From assembly GCF_001194135.2 (NCBI RefSeq), contig NC_069001.1, positions 23,785,746-23,849,745 on the forward strand: a stretch of DNA of 64,000 bases, written 5' to 3'. Under the pieces are notes generated by a model. That model was given only the letters and a program-made list of their open reading frames with translations. It made no database searches and was not told where the DNA came from. A program made the translations under genes and the position numbers. This stretch comes from Octopus bimaculoides. Taxonomy: Eukaryota. This document shows, piece by piece, positions 1 to 11,843 of this stretch. The number at the start of each line of letters is the position of its first letter. The first letter of the stretch is position 1.

Positions 1-633
1 TGCATTTTCACTGAACAATTTTGAAAACAGTCTTTTCAGTGATCAATGTTTTATTGTCTTAACCCTCCAGTTTAATTTTGCTAAACACTGCTCTTGTTTC
101 TCATAAGATATAAGTTGGGATGCAACATAAAAAAACAAAAAAAAAAGATTCATATGATTGCCTTCAGGAATCTTTGTCTGAGGTTTGCCTAACCAGACAA
201 GCTATATGCATCCGCCTGGCTGATGTATAGACAGCGATAACTTAACTTTCAGTACAGCATTAACAGATATATTTTTACTGCCTAAATATCTCCCTAAATG
301 GTAGTCTATTGCCTCACAAAGCAGAAATTTGAGCTCTTTTTTTTATACGATGATGTCATAAATTTGTAAAATATTGATGTAACTTGCAGTATCTAAAATA
401 TCTAATAGAACATGAAAATATGAAATAATATTTCAACATTCATATATCATAATACAAAATATAAACTGATATTCTTACTTATAAATACCTAGAAGTGAAT
501 TATTGGTTTTTATCTCTATATCAAAATATATTTCGAAAATTATTAAATTTCCAGCTTCACATTCAGATATTTGATTAGGAATATATGTATATATGCACAT
601 GGACACACACATATATGTATATATGCATATTTG

Positions 634-638
<5 letters not shown>

Positions 639-676
<38 letters not shown>

Positions 677-884
677 NNNNNNNNNNNNNNNNNNNNNNNN
701 NNNNNNNNNNNNNNNNNNNNNNNNNNNNNNNNNNNNNNNNNNNNNNNNNNNNNNNNNNNNNNNNNNNNNNNNNNNNNNNNNNNNNNNNNNNNNNNNNNNN
801 NNNNNNNNNNNNNNNNNNNNNNNNNNNNNNNNNNNNNNNNNNNNNNNNNNNNNNNNNNNNNNNNNNNNNNNNNNNNNNNNNNNN

Positions 885-923
<39 letters not shown>
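639..923. repeat. (TA)n microsatellite spanning an N gap (about 677-884)
   Basis: Pure TA runs on both sides of the gap. Confidence 0.95.
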
Positions 924-925
<2 letters not shown>

Positions 926-1310
926 TCATTATCATCGTTATTGCTTAGCTTCTTTTTTTCATGCTGGCATGGGTTGGCTGGTTTGAGAGGGAAGAGTTGG
1001 CCAGCCAGAGAGCTGCCCTGGCTCCATTTATCTGTTTTGGCATGGTTTCCATGGCTGGATGCCCTTCCTAATGCCAACCACTTTCTAGAGTGTACTGAGG
1101 GATTTTATATGGCACCGGCACTAGTGAGTTTACATGGCACCAGCACAAGTGCTTTTATTTGGTACGAACATGTGTGCTTTTCTCCTAGGCACCAGCAGAG
1201 GTACTTTTCTATGTGGCACCGGCACAGGTGCTTTTATACATGGCACCAGGACAGGTGCTTTTTACGACACTGAAATGGATACTTTTTACGTGACACTGAG
1301 ATGAATGCTT
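921..1310 (-). mobile_element. SINE family B (RTE-type 3' tail, (CAT)n), decayed
   Basis: catcat tail, then catgctggcatgggttgg and ggctggatgcccttcctaatgccaaccac, shared with many copies in the window. Confidence 0.8.
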
Positions 1311-1345
1311 TATATAAGTATGTATGCATATATTTTTATACATAA

Positions 1346-1552
1346 GGCAGCAAGCTGCCAGAATCATTAGCATGCCGAGCAAAATGCTCAGTGGTATTTC
1401 GTCTGCTGTTACATTCTGAGTTCAAGTTCTGCCAAAATTGACTTTCAGCATCAATTAAATAAGTGCCAGTTATGCACTAGGGTCGATGTAATCGACTTAA
1501 TCCCTTTGTTTGTCCCCTCCATGTTTAGCCCCCTGTGGGCAATAAAGAAATA
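1346..1552 (+). mobile_element. SINE family D (tRNA head, Nin-domain-like)
   Basis: ggcagcaagctgccagaatcattagc head, ttctgagttcaagttctgcc B-box region, gggtcgatgtaatcgac, ending aataaagaaa before (TA)(TG)n. Confidence 0.8.
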
Positions 1553-1560
1553 CATATATG

Positions 1561-1624
<64 letters not shown>

Positions 1625-2319
1625 TGTGTGTGTCTATGTGCAAGTGGTGTCTGATTTCTCTTTGTCTTTACATGCTTGTTTTCTCTATGTATAACAGCAA
1701 CATCACCATTTATGCAGACAGTCTTATATATTCATATATTTCCAATCAACTTTGAAATCAATCTCTTGTTCCTTGACATGTCTTATCATGTTGCTCAAAT
1801 TTTGTAAAAATAAAAATAAAAGCTCATAAATAAGTCAAGGCCATTTTGTCATCCAATTAATTAAGAAATTATTACTTTGCTGAGAAACAGGTAAAAGCAA
1901 GACAGAAAGGGCATCCAACTGTAGAAAATCTGCCTCACCAAATTCTGTCTGAAACTATGGAAAGGTAGTTATTAAAATAATGATGATGATGATGATATGT
2001 CTGTAGTTATTTACACCCTCCACACATGTATATATGTATGTATATATATTGCATAAGTAAATATTTGAATATTTTCTTCTTTGAAACTATTTTCTTTTGA
2101 AACACCCTGCAGTGTGTGTTGTTAGTGATTATTTTATATATGATTCAATCATGCAGGCAAAATATATATACATCTTGTGTGTGTGTGTGTGTCAATTTCC
2201 ATTATTTAAAATCAACATGCAGTATGCATTGTTTACAATTCATTTTTTTCCTTATATTTTTCTTTTGAATATAAACAATGAAATTAAGGGAAAATATATT
2301 TCTTGTAAAATTTACAACA

Positions 2320-2790
2320 AAGCCTGAACTTCTGTTTCAATCAGAATACCTGCTATTCCAATCTGAGCTGTCTCTACTGGAGAACTTTCAAGTCAGTATT
2401 TACAAATCACTGCCTTGCAGTGCTACAGGAAGTGCATTATCTGTTGAAGACAAGCTCTAGAGACATGGAAGTGCCAACAACTGAATGTTTCTAAGATGTA
2501 TGCAAGGGAATGGAACAGTCCTGTATACTTTTGTTTAGCACCTGTGCATCAGTAACTTGTGGGATTGTATCAAAAAGCTACTGTTGTATGTAGGATGAAT
2601 CTGTCTCTCCACAAAGTTTCTAGTGACAATGTGTATACCACCTTCTGTTGACTGGGAAGTGAGGCTTGTTTTTCTCTGCCCGGAGAAAGAGGTTGTGAGG
2701 TTTTTTTCAACTTCTTCAAGTACTACTTGAAAAGGAAAGTGAAAGTAGAGAGGAAGATGCTGTCTTCTATTGTGGCCAATAAAAGGTGGA
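2320..2790 (+). pseudogene. Tx1/L1-like LINE ORF2 C-terminal (zf-RVT-type) remnant
   Basis: Manual translation across stops and shifts: CYR..ALSVEDKL*RHG, CMQGNGTVLYTFV*..LWD..LL, PPSVDWE..VFLC, FFNFFKYYLKRKVKVERKMLS; ends tgtggccaataaaagg. Confidence 0.65.
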
Positions 2791-2904
2791 TGAGTGGCAA
2801 GGCTGCTGGCATTGAATGGGTCAACCCTGAGTATGCTTTTCTAAGTAGGAAGAAAGAAACTGGGGAGGGGAGGACACTTTTAATGCTTTGGCACATAAAA
2901 TACA

Positions 2905-3134
2905 CCATTTTGAGCATGGCTGTTGCCAGTACTACCTGACTGGCCTTCGTGCTGGTAGCACGTAAAAGCACCCACTACACTCTCTGAGTGGTTGGTGTTA
3001 GGAAGGGCATCCAGCTGTAGAAACTCTGCCAAATCAGATTGGAGCCTGGTGTAGCCATCCGGTTGCACCAGTCCTCAGTCAAATCGTCCAACCCATGCTA
3101 GCATGGAAAGCAGACGTTAAATGATGATGATGAT
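2905..3134 (+). mobile_element. SINE family B
   Basis: ggttggtgttaggaagggcatccagctgtagaaactctgcc to gcatggaaagcagacgttaaa(tga)n. Confidence 0.9.
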
Positions 3135-3182
3135 ATATCATTATCATCATCATTTAACATCTGCCTTCCATGCTGGTATGGA

Positions 3183-3852
3183 TATGATGGGAAGTCAAAA
3201 ATTATCCACATTTTCACCATAACATATTTTTATTATTCTAACACTGCCTTCTGCGCATCCGTGCTTATAGTTGGTACTATCATGGTCACAAGATCAAAGT
3301 TTGAGCCTGATCGCTCCATTTTTCTTTCTGGTTTTACAATGTAAGGATGGCCGCTCCCCTAACAATGTGCACCAAAGAAGAGCAAAGAGCAGTGATCCAA
3401 GAGATGGTAATGGTGAACTGGTTCACCATTACCGTCTCTCAAGCTTGCTGAATCTTCTCATCAGTGATGGAGGTTGAAGGGCGTCGTGCTCACTCTTTGT
3501 CCGTCATGCTTGTCCAACCACTTTTAAACTTCATGATATATTCATACACACTTCTCTGCGGTAATGCACTATCCCCATATTGTGCTAAAAGCCTCTGATG
3601 AAGTTCACCACCTGAGACACCTTCCAACCAGAGAAATCGGATCACTGCTCTTTGTTCTTCTTTGGTGCACATTGCTAGTGGAGTGGCTATGCTTACATTG
3701 TAAAGCCAGAAAATAAAATGGCATGATCAGGCTCAAACTTTGATCATGTGACCACAATAGCACCAGCTATAAGCACGCATGCGCAGAAGGCAGTGTGACA
3801 ATAATAAAGATTTGTTATGCAAAGTGCGGGTAATTTTTGACTTGCCCTCGTA
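3183..3852. mobile_element. Non-autonomous mariner derivative made of two inverted 5' ends
   Basis: TA at both ends; left tgatgggaagtcaaaaattatcc matches the reverse complement of right gggtaatttttgacttgccctcg; about 215-bp arms; transposase N-terminus MCTKEEQRAVI on both strands. Confidence 0.85.
3421..3672 (-). pseudogene. mariner transposase N-terminal HTH fragment
   Basis: MCTKEEQRAVIRFLWLEGVSGGELHQRLLAQYGDSALPQRSVYEYIMKFKSGWTSMTDKE*ARRPSTSITDEKIQQA*ETVMVN. Confidence 0.85.
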
Positions 3853-3870
3853 TGTGTATATATATACATG

Positions 3871-4179
3871 CTGAGACCCCCTTCGGTCATAACTTACCAT
3901 GGGATTGCACCTAGAAAGTTACCCTCCCAGGCGCAAGTCTGGGCAAGGTTGTTTATGGAAGACTAGCAGTCGCCCATGCATACCAGCCTCCCCTCTACAC
4001 ACCACTGATGTTATCCAAGAGAAAGGCAAAGGCTGATACAGCTTGGCACCTGTGACGTCGTAATTCATTTCTACAGCTGAGTGAACTGGAGTAATGTGAA
4101 ATAAAGTGTCTTGCTCAAGACCACAACACGCAGCCCGGTCCGGGATTCGAACTCACACCCTCATGATCGTAAGCTCGAT
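3871..4179 (-). mobile_element. SINE family C (tRNA head, CORE/Deu-like body)
   Basis: Reverse strand reads gagttcgaatcccggaccggg (B box), cttgagcaagacactttatttcac, cagctgtagaaatga; truncated by the gap. Confidence 0.85.
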
Positions 4180-4560
4180 NNNNNNNNNNNNNNNNNNNNN
4201 NNNNNNNNNNNNNNNNNNNNNNNNNNNNNNNNNNNNNNNNNNNNNNNNNNNNNNNNNNNNNNNNNNNNNNNNNNNNNNNNNNNNNNNNNNNNNNNNNNNN
4301 NNNNNNNNNNNNNNNNNNNNNNNNNNNNNNNNNNNNNNNNNNNNNNNNNNNNNNNNNNNNNNNNNNNNNNNNNNNNNNNNNNNNNNNNNNNNNNNNNNNN
4401 NNNNNNNNNNNNNNNNNNNNNNNNNNNNNNNNNNNNNNNNNNNNNNNNNNNNNNNNNNNNNNNNNNNNNNNNNNNNNNNNNNNNNNNNNNNNNNNNNNNN
4501 NNNNNNNNNNNNNNNNNNNNNNNNNNNNNNNNNNNNNNNNNNNNNNNNNNNNNNNNNNNN
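4180..4560. other. assembly gap
   Basis: N run. Confidence 1.
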
Positions 4561-5260
4561 GGGGGGGGGGGGGCGATTCATTTGAAAAAAAATCTACAAG
4601 GCAGTGCTCCAGCATGGCAGCAGTCTAATGACTGAAATAAATAAAAAAACAAAAGATATCTTCACATTTTTGTTAGAATTTCTATGCCATGTAAATCTCC
4701 CTTTGTGGTTTGTATTTTGGTTTGTATTTCATACTTGTATTGTCTTCAACGCCACGGGTCCTTGCAACTAATAAAATACTTTATCATAATTATTATCTTA
4801 TCATCTTTGGTGGTGGCGGCAGCGTCTTTGTTTCTTACCATTATCACTGTTATTCTTACTGGTGAACAGATGTGTCTAACACATACCTGTGGAAGATTGA
4901 GATAAAACTCATTTAATTTGATGGAAAGGGAATATTCATTTGATAAATCAGATTATTTATTTATCATTAAATTTTATTAACAAGTAATTCTGGAACATTT
5001 CAGTGTCCACCTCTTTTAACTTGAAAAAGAAATACCAAAAAGTGTCTTTGTCTATAGTTTATACTTTATGTATCAGTATCCATATGGTTGGGTGGTTAAG
5101 AAGTTTGCTTCACAAACATTGTGATTTCAGGTTCAGTCTCTCAGTGGAGCATCTTGGATAAGTGTCTCATACAACATGAATGGGCCAACCAAATCCTTAA
5201 AAGCGGATTTAGTAGATAAAAATTGCAAGAAGCTCATTGTTTGTACATGCATGTTTGGTA

Positions 5261-5585
5261 AAGACCCCCTTTCAGTCATGAATGACCATGGGATTGCACA
5301 TGGAAAGTTCCCCACCAAGGCACAAGTCCAGGCAAGGTTGTTTGTGGAAGACCAGCCGTTGCCCATGTACGCCAGCCTCCCTTCTCCACGCCACTGATGT
5401 TATCCAAGAGAAAGACAAAAGCTGATACAGCTTGGCACCAGTGATGTCGCAACTCATTTCTACAGCTGAGTGAACTGGAGCAACATGAAATAAAGAAACT
5501 TGCACAACACACAGCTTGATCCAGGAATCGAAATAACTACCTCATGATTGTGAGACCAATGTTCTAACCACTGAGCCATGCACCT
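5261..5585 (-). mobile_element. SINE family C
   Basis: Collinear with the 3871-4179 copy; tRNA-like head ctaaccactgagccatg at the right end. Confidence 0.85.
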
Positions 5586-5612
5586 TAGCACATGCATGCT
5601 TATACAGATGCA

Positions 5613-5827
5613 TATCTTTTATCTTTTACCTGTTTCAATTATTAGACTGTGGCCATGTTGGGGCACTGCGTTGAATTTTTAGTCGAATGAATCCACCTCA
5701 GTACTTATTCTATTGGTCTTCTTTGCTGAACCACTAAGTTACAGGGACGTAAACACACCAACACTGGTTGTCAGGTGGTGATGGGGGACAAACACAGGCA
5801 CACACACATAGATATATATATGTGCAC

Positions 5828-5862
<35 letters not shown>

Positions 5863-6024
5863 ACAGACATCTTTCAGTTTTCATCTACCAAATCCATTCT
5901 CAAGGCTTTGTTCTACCTTAGGCTATAGTAGAAGACACTTGCCCAAGGTGCCATGCAGTGGGACTGAACCCAGAGCCATGTGGTTGGGAAGCAAGCTTCT
6001 TACCACACGGCCATGCCTGTGCCT
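5613..6024 (-). mobile_element. SINE family A (tRNA/CORE-type with internal TA/CA microsatellite)
   Basis: gactgtggccatg, ctaagttacagggacgtaaacacacc, gtagaagacacttgcccaaggtgccatgcagtgggactgaacc, ccacacggccatgcctgtgcct. Confidence 0.9.
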
Positions 6025-6722
6025 ATGTATATGTATGTGTCTATGAGTGTGTATGTTTCTTTGTCTTGGCATCATTGGACGAACATTACTGTCATCCAAG
6101 CGGTATCATCCATTTCCAGTATTCTGCAAGAATATGTCCAACCATCAATCATAAGGAAATAATGCATTTTTAAAAGACAGGTGAGGGTGGGCAACAGGAA
6201 GAGCACCCAGCCATTGTAAATCTGCATCAGTGAATTGTGTCTGACCCTTGTAAGCCTGGAAAAGTGGACATCAAATAACTGATGCATGTGTACCTATATC
6301 TACACAAATGCATACATGTACACACACACACATACACACACATGCAAACGCACATATTGTGAGAGTGCATGAGAGAGAGAGAGAAAAAGAGAAAGAAAGA
6401 GAGAGAAGAGAAAGAAAAAGAGAAATAAAGAGAGCAAGTGTGATTTTGCATGTATGAATTATTGATGTGGATGAAGTGGAAAAAATTGCTCAAGGACTTC
6501 TTTGGTAACATTAAATAAAAACCCCAAATTGTCCAGTCCAGTGTCTTTGGGGATATTCCAACTAAGATGATGGATAACACAATAAATTAGCTGATTCTTG
6601 TACTGTAGACACTTGGAACCAAAGTTCTGGAATCGGGAAATAATCTTCTACTACAGACTCTGCAGGAATCTCTTTGGTTAGGTCTAGCTAATGGCTGATA
6701 ACATTTGGTATTAAATGGTGAT

Positions 6723-6770
6723 GTTTCTTAAAACCTGAATGTTGCTGTTTCTTAAAACCTGAATGTTGCT
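6723..6770. repeat. 24-bp perfect tandem duplication
   Basis: gtttcttaaaacctgaatgttgct x2. Confidence 0.95.
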
Positions 6771-6789
6771 GTTGTTGTTGTTCGTCCCC

Positions 6790-6925
6790 TTATCCCACTG
6801 AGGTCGACTTTGCCTTTCATCCTTTCGGGGTTAATAAAATAAGTAACAGTTAAACACTGGGGCCAATGTAATCGACTCATCCCCTCCCCCAAAACTGCTG
6901 CCCTTGTGGCAAAATTTGAAACCAT
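6790..6925 (+). mobile_element. SINE family D, 3' portion
   Basis: gaggtcgactttgcctttcatcctttcggggttaataaaataagtaacag. Confidence 0.8.
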
Positions 6926-7033
6926 TATTAGTCCCCTTCCCATCATGATCATCATTAGGGAGATCTATTGTCAAATGTGTTCCATCAATAACCATCCATC
7001 TTAATCTTACACAGAGGATAATCTAAGTTTAGA

Positions 7034-7345
7034 TATTAGGTTGTTTCACATGAAATGTCGCATTTTTAATTACTCGTTATTTCAGTCATTTAAAAACTCA
7101 ATTATGTATAACTTGCATTTAATCTTGATTCTTTTTCTTTCCCAACAATATTGATATACAAAATTCCTACCCACAGACCCCATGAAAGTAATAACGACCA
7201 AACTATGTTGAGTGCTTTTCTCGTATAAATACAAACTGGGCCACTCTGCTGCAGAAACTCTACAGAATATCAAGCGGGCCTTTGGTAATGGTCTTGTTGA
7301 CATTAGAACTGTTCAGAGATGGTTCCAAAGCTCTCGTTCAAGAAC
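7034..7345 (+). mobile_element. mariner 5' end (TIR plus truncated transposase HTH)
   Basis: TA-ttaggttg start; from 7182 MKVITTKLC*VLFSYKYKLGHSAAETLQNIKRAFGNGLVDIRTVQRWFQ. Confidence 0.75.
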
Positions 7346-7949
7346 CATGTGGTTGGGAATGTTATAACCAGAAATGTAGTCTACATGTACCCAAGACCCA
7401 GTGTTTGGTAGTTTGGCAAATAATCAATAAAATATATTTAAACTTTTCATTGATCTATTCCTTTATTTCAGTCATTGAATGCAGCTTGGTCAATGCCTGG
7501 GTAGTTTTGTCCATCATATCAACCTGGGTACATATTTGTAACTCTGATACTTAACGACCCCTATTCATCAGTCTTATTATTAGAAAATATAAATGACTAT
7601 TGTTTCTACAAGTGGTGTCAGCATAAAGATGCACTTACACATACATGTTGAATGATATATGGTGCTCCTATACATCTAGGAGAACAGTATCTCTAAATAA
7701 GCACTGATTTTAATTGAGATGATCCATATGACCTTTGTAACTTTCATCTAAATATCCTCCTTGTCATTGCTTGAATATCCAATTTTCCATGATGCTCACA
7801 GATGGAATTTGTTGAGGCAGATTTTCTACAGCTGGATGCCCTTCCTGTTACCAACTCTGACTTGTTTCCAAGTTAGTCAATATTTCCTCATGGCCAGACA
7901 TGTTTTTATGCAAGATTGGAAATAAAGGACACTAATTATATGATGATAA

Positions 7950-8940
7950 CACTTACGTGTTTTGCAAACAACTTGTACATGCAAGTTCTACCAGTTGAAA
8001 GTACCACGTACTGGAAGCCAGCAAGTGTCTGGGGTCATCAGGAGAGAATGTGTTCCATTTCAGGGCTTAACTCTCGATGGCATCATTGTGCACTGGCTCC
8101 TCTCATTGAAATGAGGCCCTGCTTCTTAGATCAACTGGTTATCAAATAAAGCTCAATATTCTTCTAGCCATCACTCATCATTTCTTTTTAACCAAATTCA
8201 TTTGCTAGCCTTCTCCACTGTGGTTTGGATGTCATTCATAGTGGTATTTGCATTACTATGAATCAAGGCCTAATGATAACAACAGTTGTCTCACACTGTG
8301 TTCAACAAACTCTCTACATCTGACTTCGATCAGAAAAAGCTCCGCTTTCCAGCCTGCATCTTCACATTCCTTGAGGAGGTTTACACAAGGGTCAATCTTT
8401 TGAGCCCAAGTCCATGTTACCTTCACTACTTTCTCTCTTTTACTCCTCATTATAATATCCATTTTTCTCGTAACTGAGATGGGAAAGAATCCTTGGCACC
8501 CTGGTAAATCTGCAGCCACCTCCCAATAGCTGTTCCACTTTTCCTCGTTCACAGGAAGTTTCTTCTTGAAATGGATCTGCTGTCCATCCAGAGTGCATGA
8601 AGGTAATGAAATCTCTGGTTAGATCTTTCATCGGATTCTTTTCCACTGTTGATTAGAGCAATTTGGTTCTTTACAGCATTAAGGATAACCTTAGAGATCA
8701 GGTTGTGTCTCCATTCATATCTATTGAATGAGAGAGAACAATTGGAAAGAATACATTTCAGTGTTCTGACCTTTCTGCATTTGCATATACCATTCTCTGA
8801 GATGTTCCATCCTACTAGATTTGTAGGTGATAGCAAGACATCATAGGATGAACAAATAAGAAAACTTAGCCGAGATGTAGTCCATATCCATATCTCATTC
8901 CAACTTATCTTTCTGTCAACAACATATCAAGACAAGAAAT
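7950..8940 (-). mobile_element. HERO-like (R2-superfamily, RLE) non-LTR retrotransposon 3' fragment, decayed
   Basis: ISWNEIW..RLSFLICSSYDVLLSPTNLVGW, zinc-knuckle-like CKC..C, RYEWRHN, DIIMRSK..ECEDAGWKAELFLIEVRCREFV, VEKASK*IWLKRND. Confidence 0.75.
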
Positions 8941-9054
8941 CACTAACGTAATCAAGCACACAAACATTCACATGCACACACATACACAGATACTCACACA
9001 CACACCCATATGTACACACACACACACACACGCGCATGCATATACACATATATG

Positions 9055-9335
9055 ATAGGCCATTTTCTGCTTCCATCTATTCCATCTTCCAAATCCACTC
9101 ACAACACTTGCCCTGGGGCTATAACAGAAGACACTAGTTCAAGGAGCCACACAGAGGCACTGAACCCCAAACCATGAGGGAAGCAAATTCCACAAAGTTT
9201 CCATCTACCAAATTCTCACAAGGCATTACCCGGTCCAATGTTTTACTAGAAGACATTCATTGAAGGTGCCATGTTTTATACGACCAAACCCAAAACCACA
9301 TGATTCTGAAGTAGGCACTACAAACCACATGGCTA
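9055..9335 (-). mobile_element. two tandem decayed SINE A 5' fragments
   Basis: caaatccactcac, agaagacac, ctgaacccca motifs present twice. Confidence 0.6.
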
Positions 9336-10149
9336 TTTCTGCACTTATTTTTATCATTATAATTCATAATAAATATTCATAAATTTTTTTTTTAGCATTT
9401 GGATAAAACTCACTGTAAACAATGATCACATTTAATTGCTATATCAGAATACTCTAATACCACACAGAGAGAAAATTTTTAATCTTGAGTGGGAAGAAGT
9501 GCTTTTTTTTAACTGTTCTGGGATTCATGTTTCTTTGTGATTCAACTGAGAACTTTATGCTTTAGCTTGTGTTATAAACCGTTTTAGACATGAGTTTGTG
9601 TTTAATTCCGTGTTTTTATCTTGCTTGGGGGCAGAATATGTTATTATTATATCTTCTTCACTTTATTGACTTTTAAAAATGTTTTTCCTGGAGAACATAA
9701 AATTATTTTTCTTTTTAAACATGACATCTTCAATGGTGAGAGCTGATGGAAGCCCCCATGATGATGATAGCAAGATATAGGAATGTAATAAGATTTAACA
9801 CCAAGAACAACAGAAATAACAACAACAACAACAACAATAATTATTATTTCCTTATGACAAATAAAAATTCGAGATTTCAACAAGTGATTCTTTTGGGCAA
9901 TATTGAGTAGCTAACGTTAGCATAATGAACATTGATATTTTTCAAGTACTGCTTATTCGATGGAATTGGGATATTTGAATAATAATTCATACATTAACAC
10001 TTTGAAGCGGACAATATGAATATTGACTTCAACACCAGCAGCTGTACCAGTTAACCTATTATGTTCTTCAGCAAAATGCTTCAATTCACTCATCTACAAA
10101 TGGGTACTAGCTGCAGCTGGGAGGTTAACCTTGTGATAGATTAGTGTTC

Positions 10150-10336
10150 TCTTCTGGACGGAATCTTCTCTAACCAATACACACATTTTTTTTCTGTCCT
10201 TGTTTCTTACTGTGTTCCTTTCTGTGGAAGAGTGTAGGGTCGAAACATTGAAGACTTTTTCAATTCCCGAACATTATACGAATATATCTGTTTGTTTTCT
10301 ACACCACCTGTCTTCGTCTGTTGTTTTTTTGTGAAT

Positions 10337-10345
<9 letters not shown>
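10150..10345 (+). mobile_element. Penelope-like terminal repeat fragment
   Basis: cctttctgtggaagagtgtagggtcgaaacattg resembles the GAAGAG..CGAAAC motif of PLE terminal repeats. Confidence 0.4.
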
Positions 10346-10385
<40 letters not shown>

Positions 10386-10396
10386 TCCTTTTATTA

Positions 10397-11476
10397 TGCA
10401 GGTCAGTCATTCCCCAATAAAATCAAAAATCCCTTGTCCAATTTTCTTAAAATCTTTATGGGATATGTAAGATTATGTAGCCCATGTCCCATCTTCTTTT
10501 TGTCTAAATCGGTTTACATTTAAAGCAGAAATGAAGAAAAACACGTTTATAGAGTATTTCTTTTTATTATGCAAATTAACAAATATAGAATAGATTACAT
10601 GTAATGTGATTTACATATAGAACAATACATAACAGACAATTGATATATATCTATATCTTCCACCGTATAATTATATTTACAAACAATTATGTATATATTT
10701 TACATCTTTATATTGCCATCTATAACTTTAAATATTCTCTCATCAACTGATTTTGTCAATTTCTCGTCATTCTCACTTTTAATATTACTTGCAGCAGTGT
10801 TTATTACTTCTCAAAGTAAATCCTTGTTTGGATATTGTTTACCATTAAAATATACATCTTTTTTTGATAACCAACCACAAATTCTCAATTGGGTTTAGAT
10901 CTGGAGATTGGGCAGTGGGGCATTCCATTATCTTATGTCCTTTGAAACCTTTCTTAGCTTAATGGTTAATAATGAGTTTGGCAGAGTGTGAAGGGGCATT
11001 ATCACACATAAATATGCTCCTTAACTTGAAACCCTCGCAATGATGACTTGTACCAACGGAAGAAGTTGTCATCTAGAAACTTGCAATAATATTCAGCATT
11101 TATTTTGACTCCATCAGCAACCTTAAATGGACCTATAATGTCTCCTCCAACCATACCAGCCCAAAACATGATTCCTCCACCACCCTGCTGTCTTAATCGT
11201 GTTGGTTGAGTTTTTCCATGTAACACCCAGCCTCCTTGCCCATCCACCAGGTCCATCTAATGTTGCTCTGCACTCACCAGTAAAAATTACATTAGTAAAG
11301 TCTGTCTTCATATATCTTTTTGCCCACGTCACTCTTTCTTCTTTGTGCACTTTATTTAAAAGAGGCAATTTTGTGAAATTCATGACTTTGCCTATTTCTT
11401 TCAGTATTATGCAACGTTTTTTCCTTTGTATGTTAGAGATTATTGCTCCTTCAAAGATTTGTTTACTGGTTAGAGT
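10397..11476 (-). mobile_element. TRT (DD37E)-like Tc1 transposon, 5'-truncated, dead
   Basis: WAKRYMKTDFTNVIFTGECRATLDGP, QQGGGGIMFWAG, FMCDNAPSH, SPDLNPIENLW, ending SVDERIFKVIDGNIKM*; first catalytic D changed to G, with stops and frameshifts. Confidence 0.85.
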
Positions 11477-11843
11477 GAGTGACGTGGGCAAAAAGATATA
11501 TGAAGACAGACTTTACTAATGTAATTTTTACTGGTGAGTGCAGAGCAACATTAGATGGACCTGGTGGATGGGCAAGGAGGCTGGGTGTTACATGGAAAAA
11601 CTCAACCAACACGATTAAGACAGCAGGGTGGTGGAGGAATCATGTTTTGGGCTGGTATGGTTGGAGGAGACATTATAGGTCCATTTAAGGTTGCTGATGG
11701 AGTCGAAATAAATGCTGAAAATTATTGCAAGTTTCTAGATGACAACTTCTTCCATTGGTACAAGTCATCATTGCGAGGGTTTCAAGTTAAGGAGCATATT
11801 TATGCGTGATAATGCCCCTTCACACTCTGCCAAACTCATTATT
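11477..11843 (+). repeat. 367-bp inverted duplicate of 10968-11334 (TRT transposase core)
   Basis: ORFs 11002-11256(-) and 11555-11809(+) differ at only 4 residues; inner and outer ends map symmetrically (coordinate sum 22811). Confidence 0.95.

Noticed and set aside
168-182. 15-nt AG..GT segment (ESLSE) as a microexon
   Set aside because: Weak donor (gtttgc) and weak pyrimidine tract; expected by chance
475-1273. Long ORFs rich in I/Y/H/T/C/V or X (also 4106-4635, 21274-22445, 26107-27772, 39157-39686, 54231-54816, 62352-62684)
   Set aside because: They are read-throughs of dinucleotide repeats or N gaps, not genes
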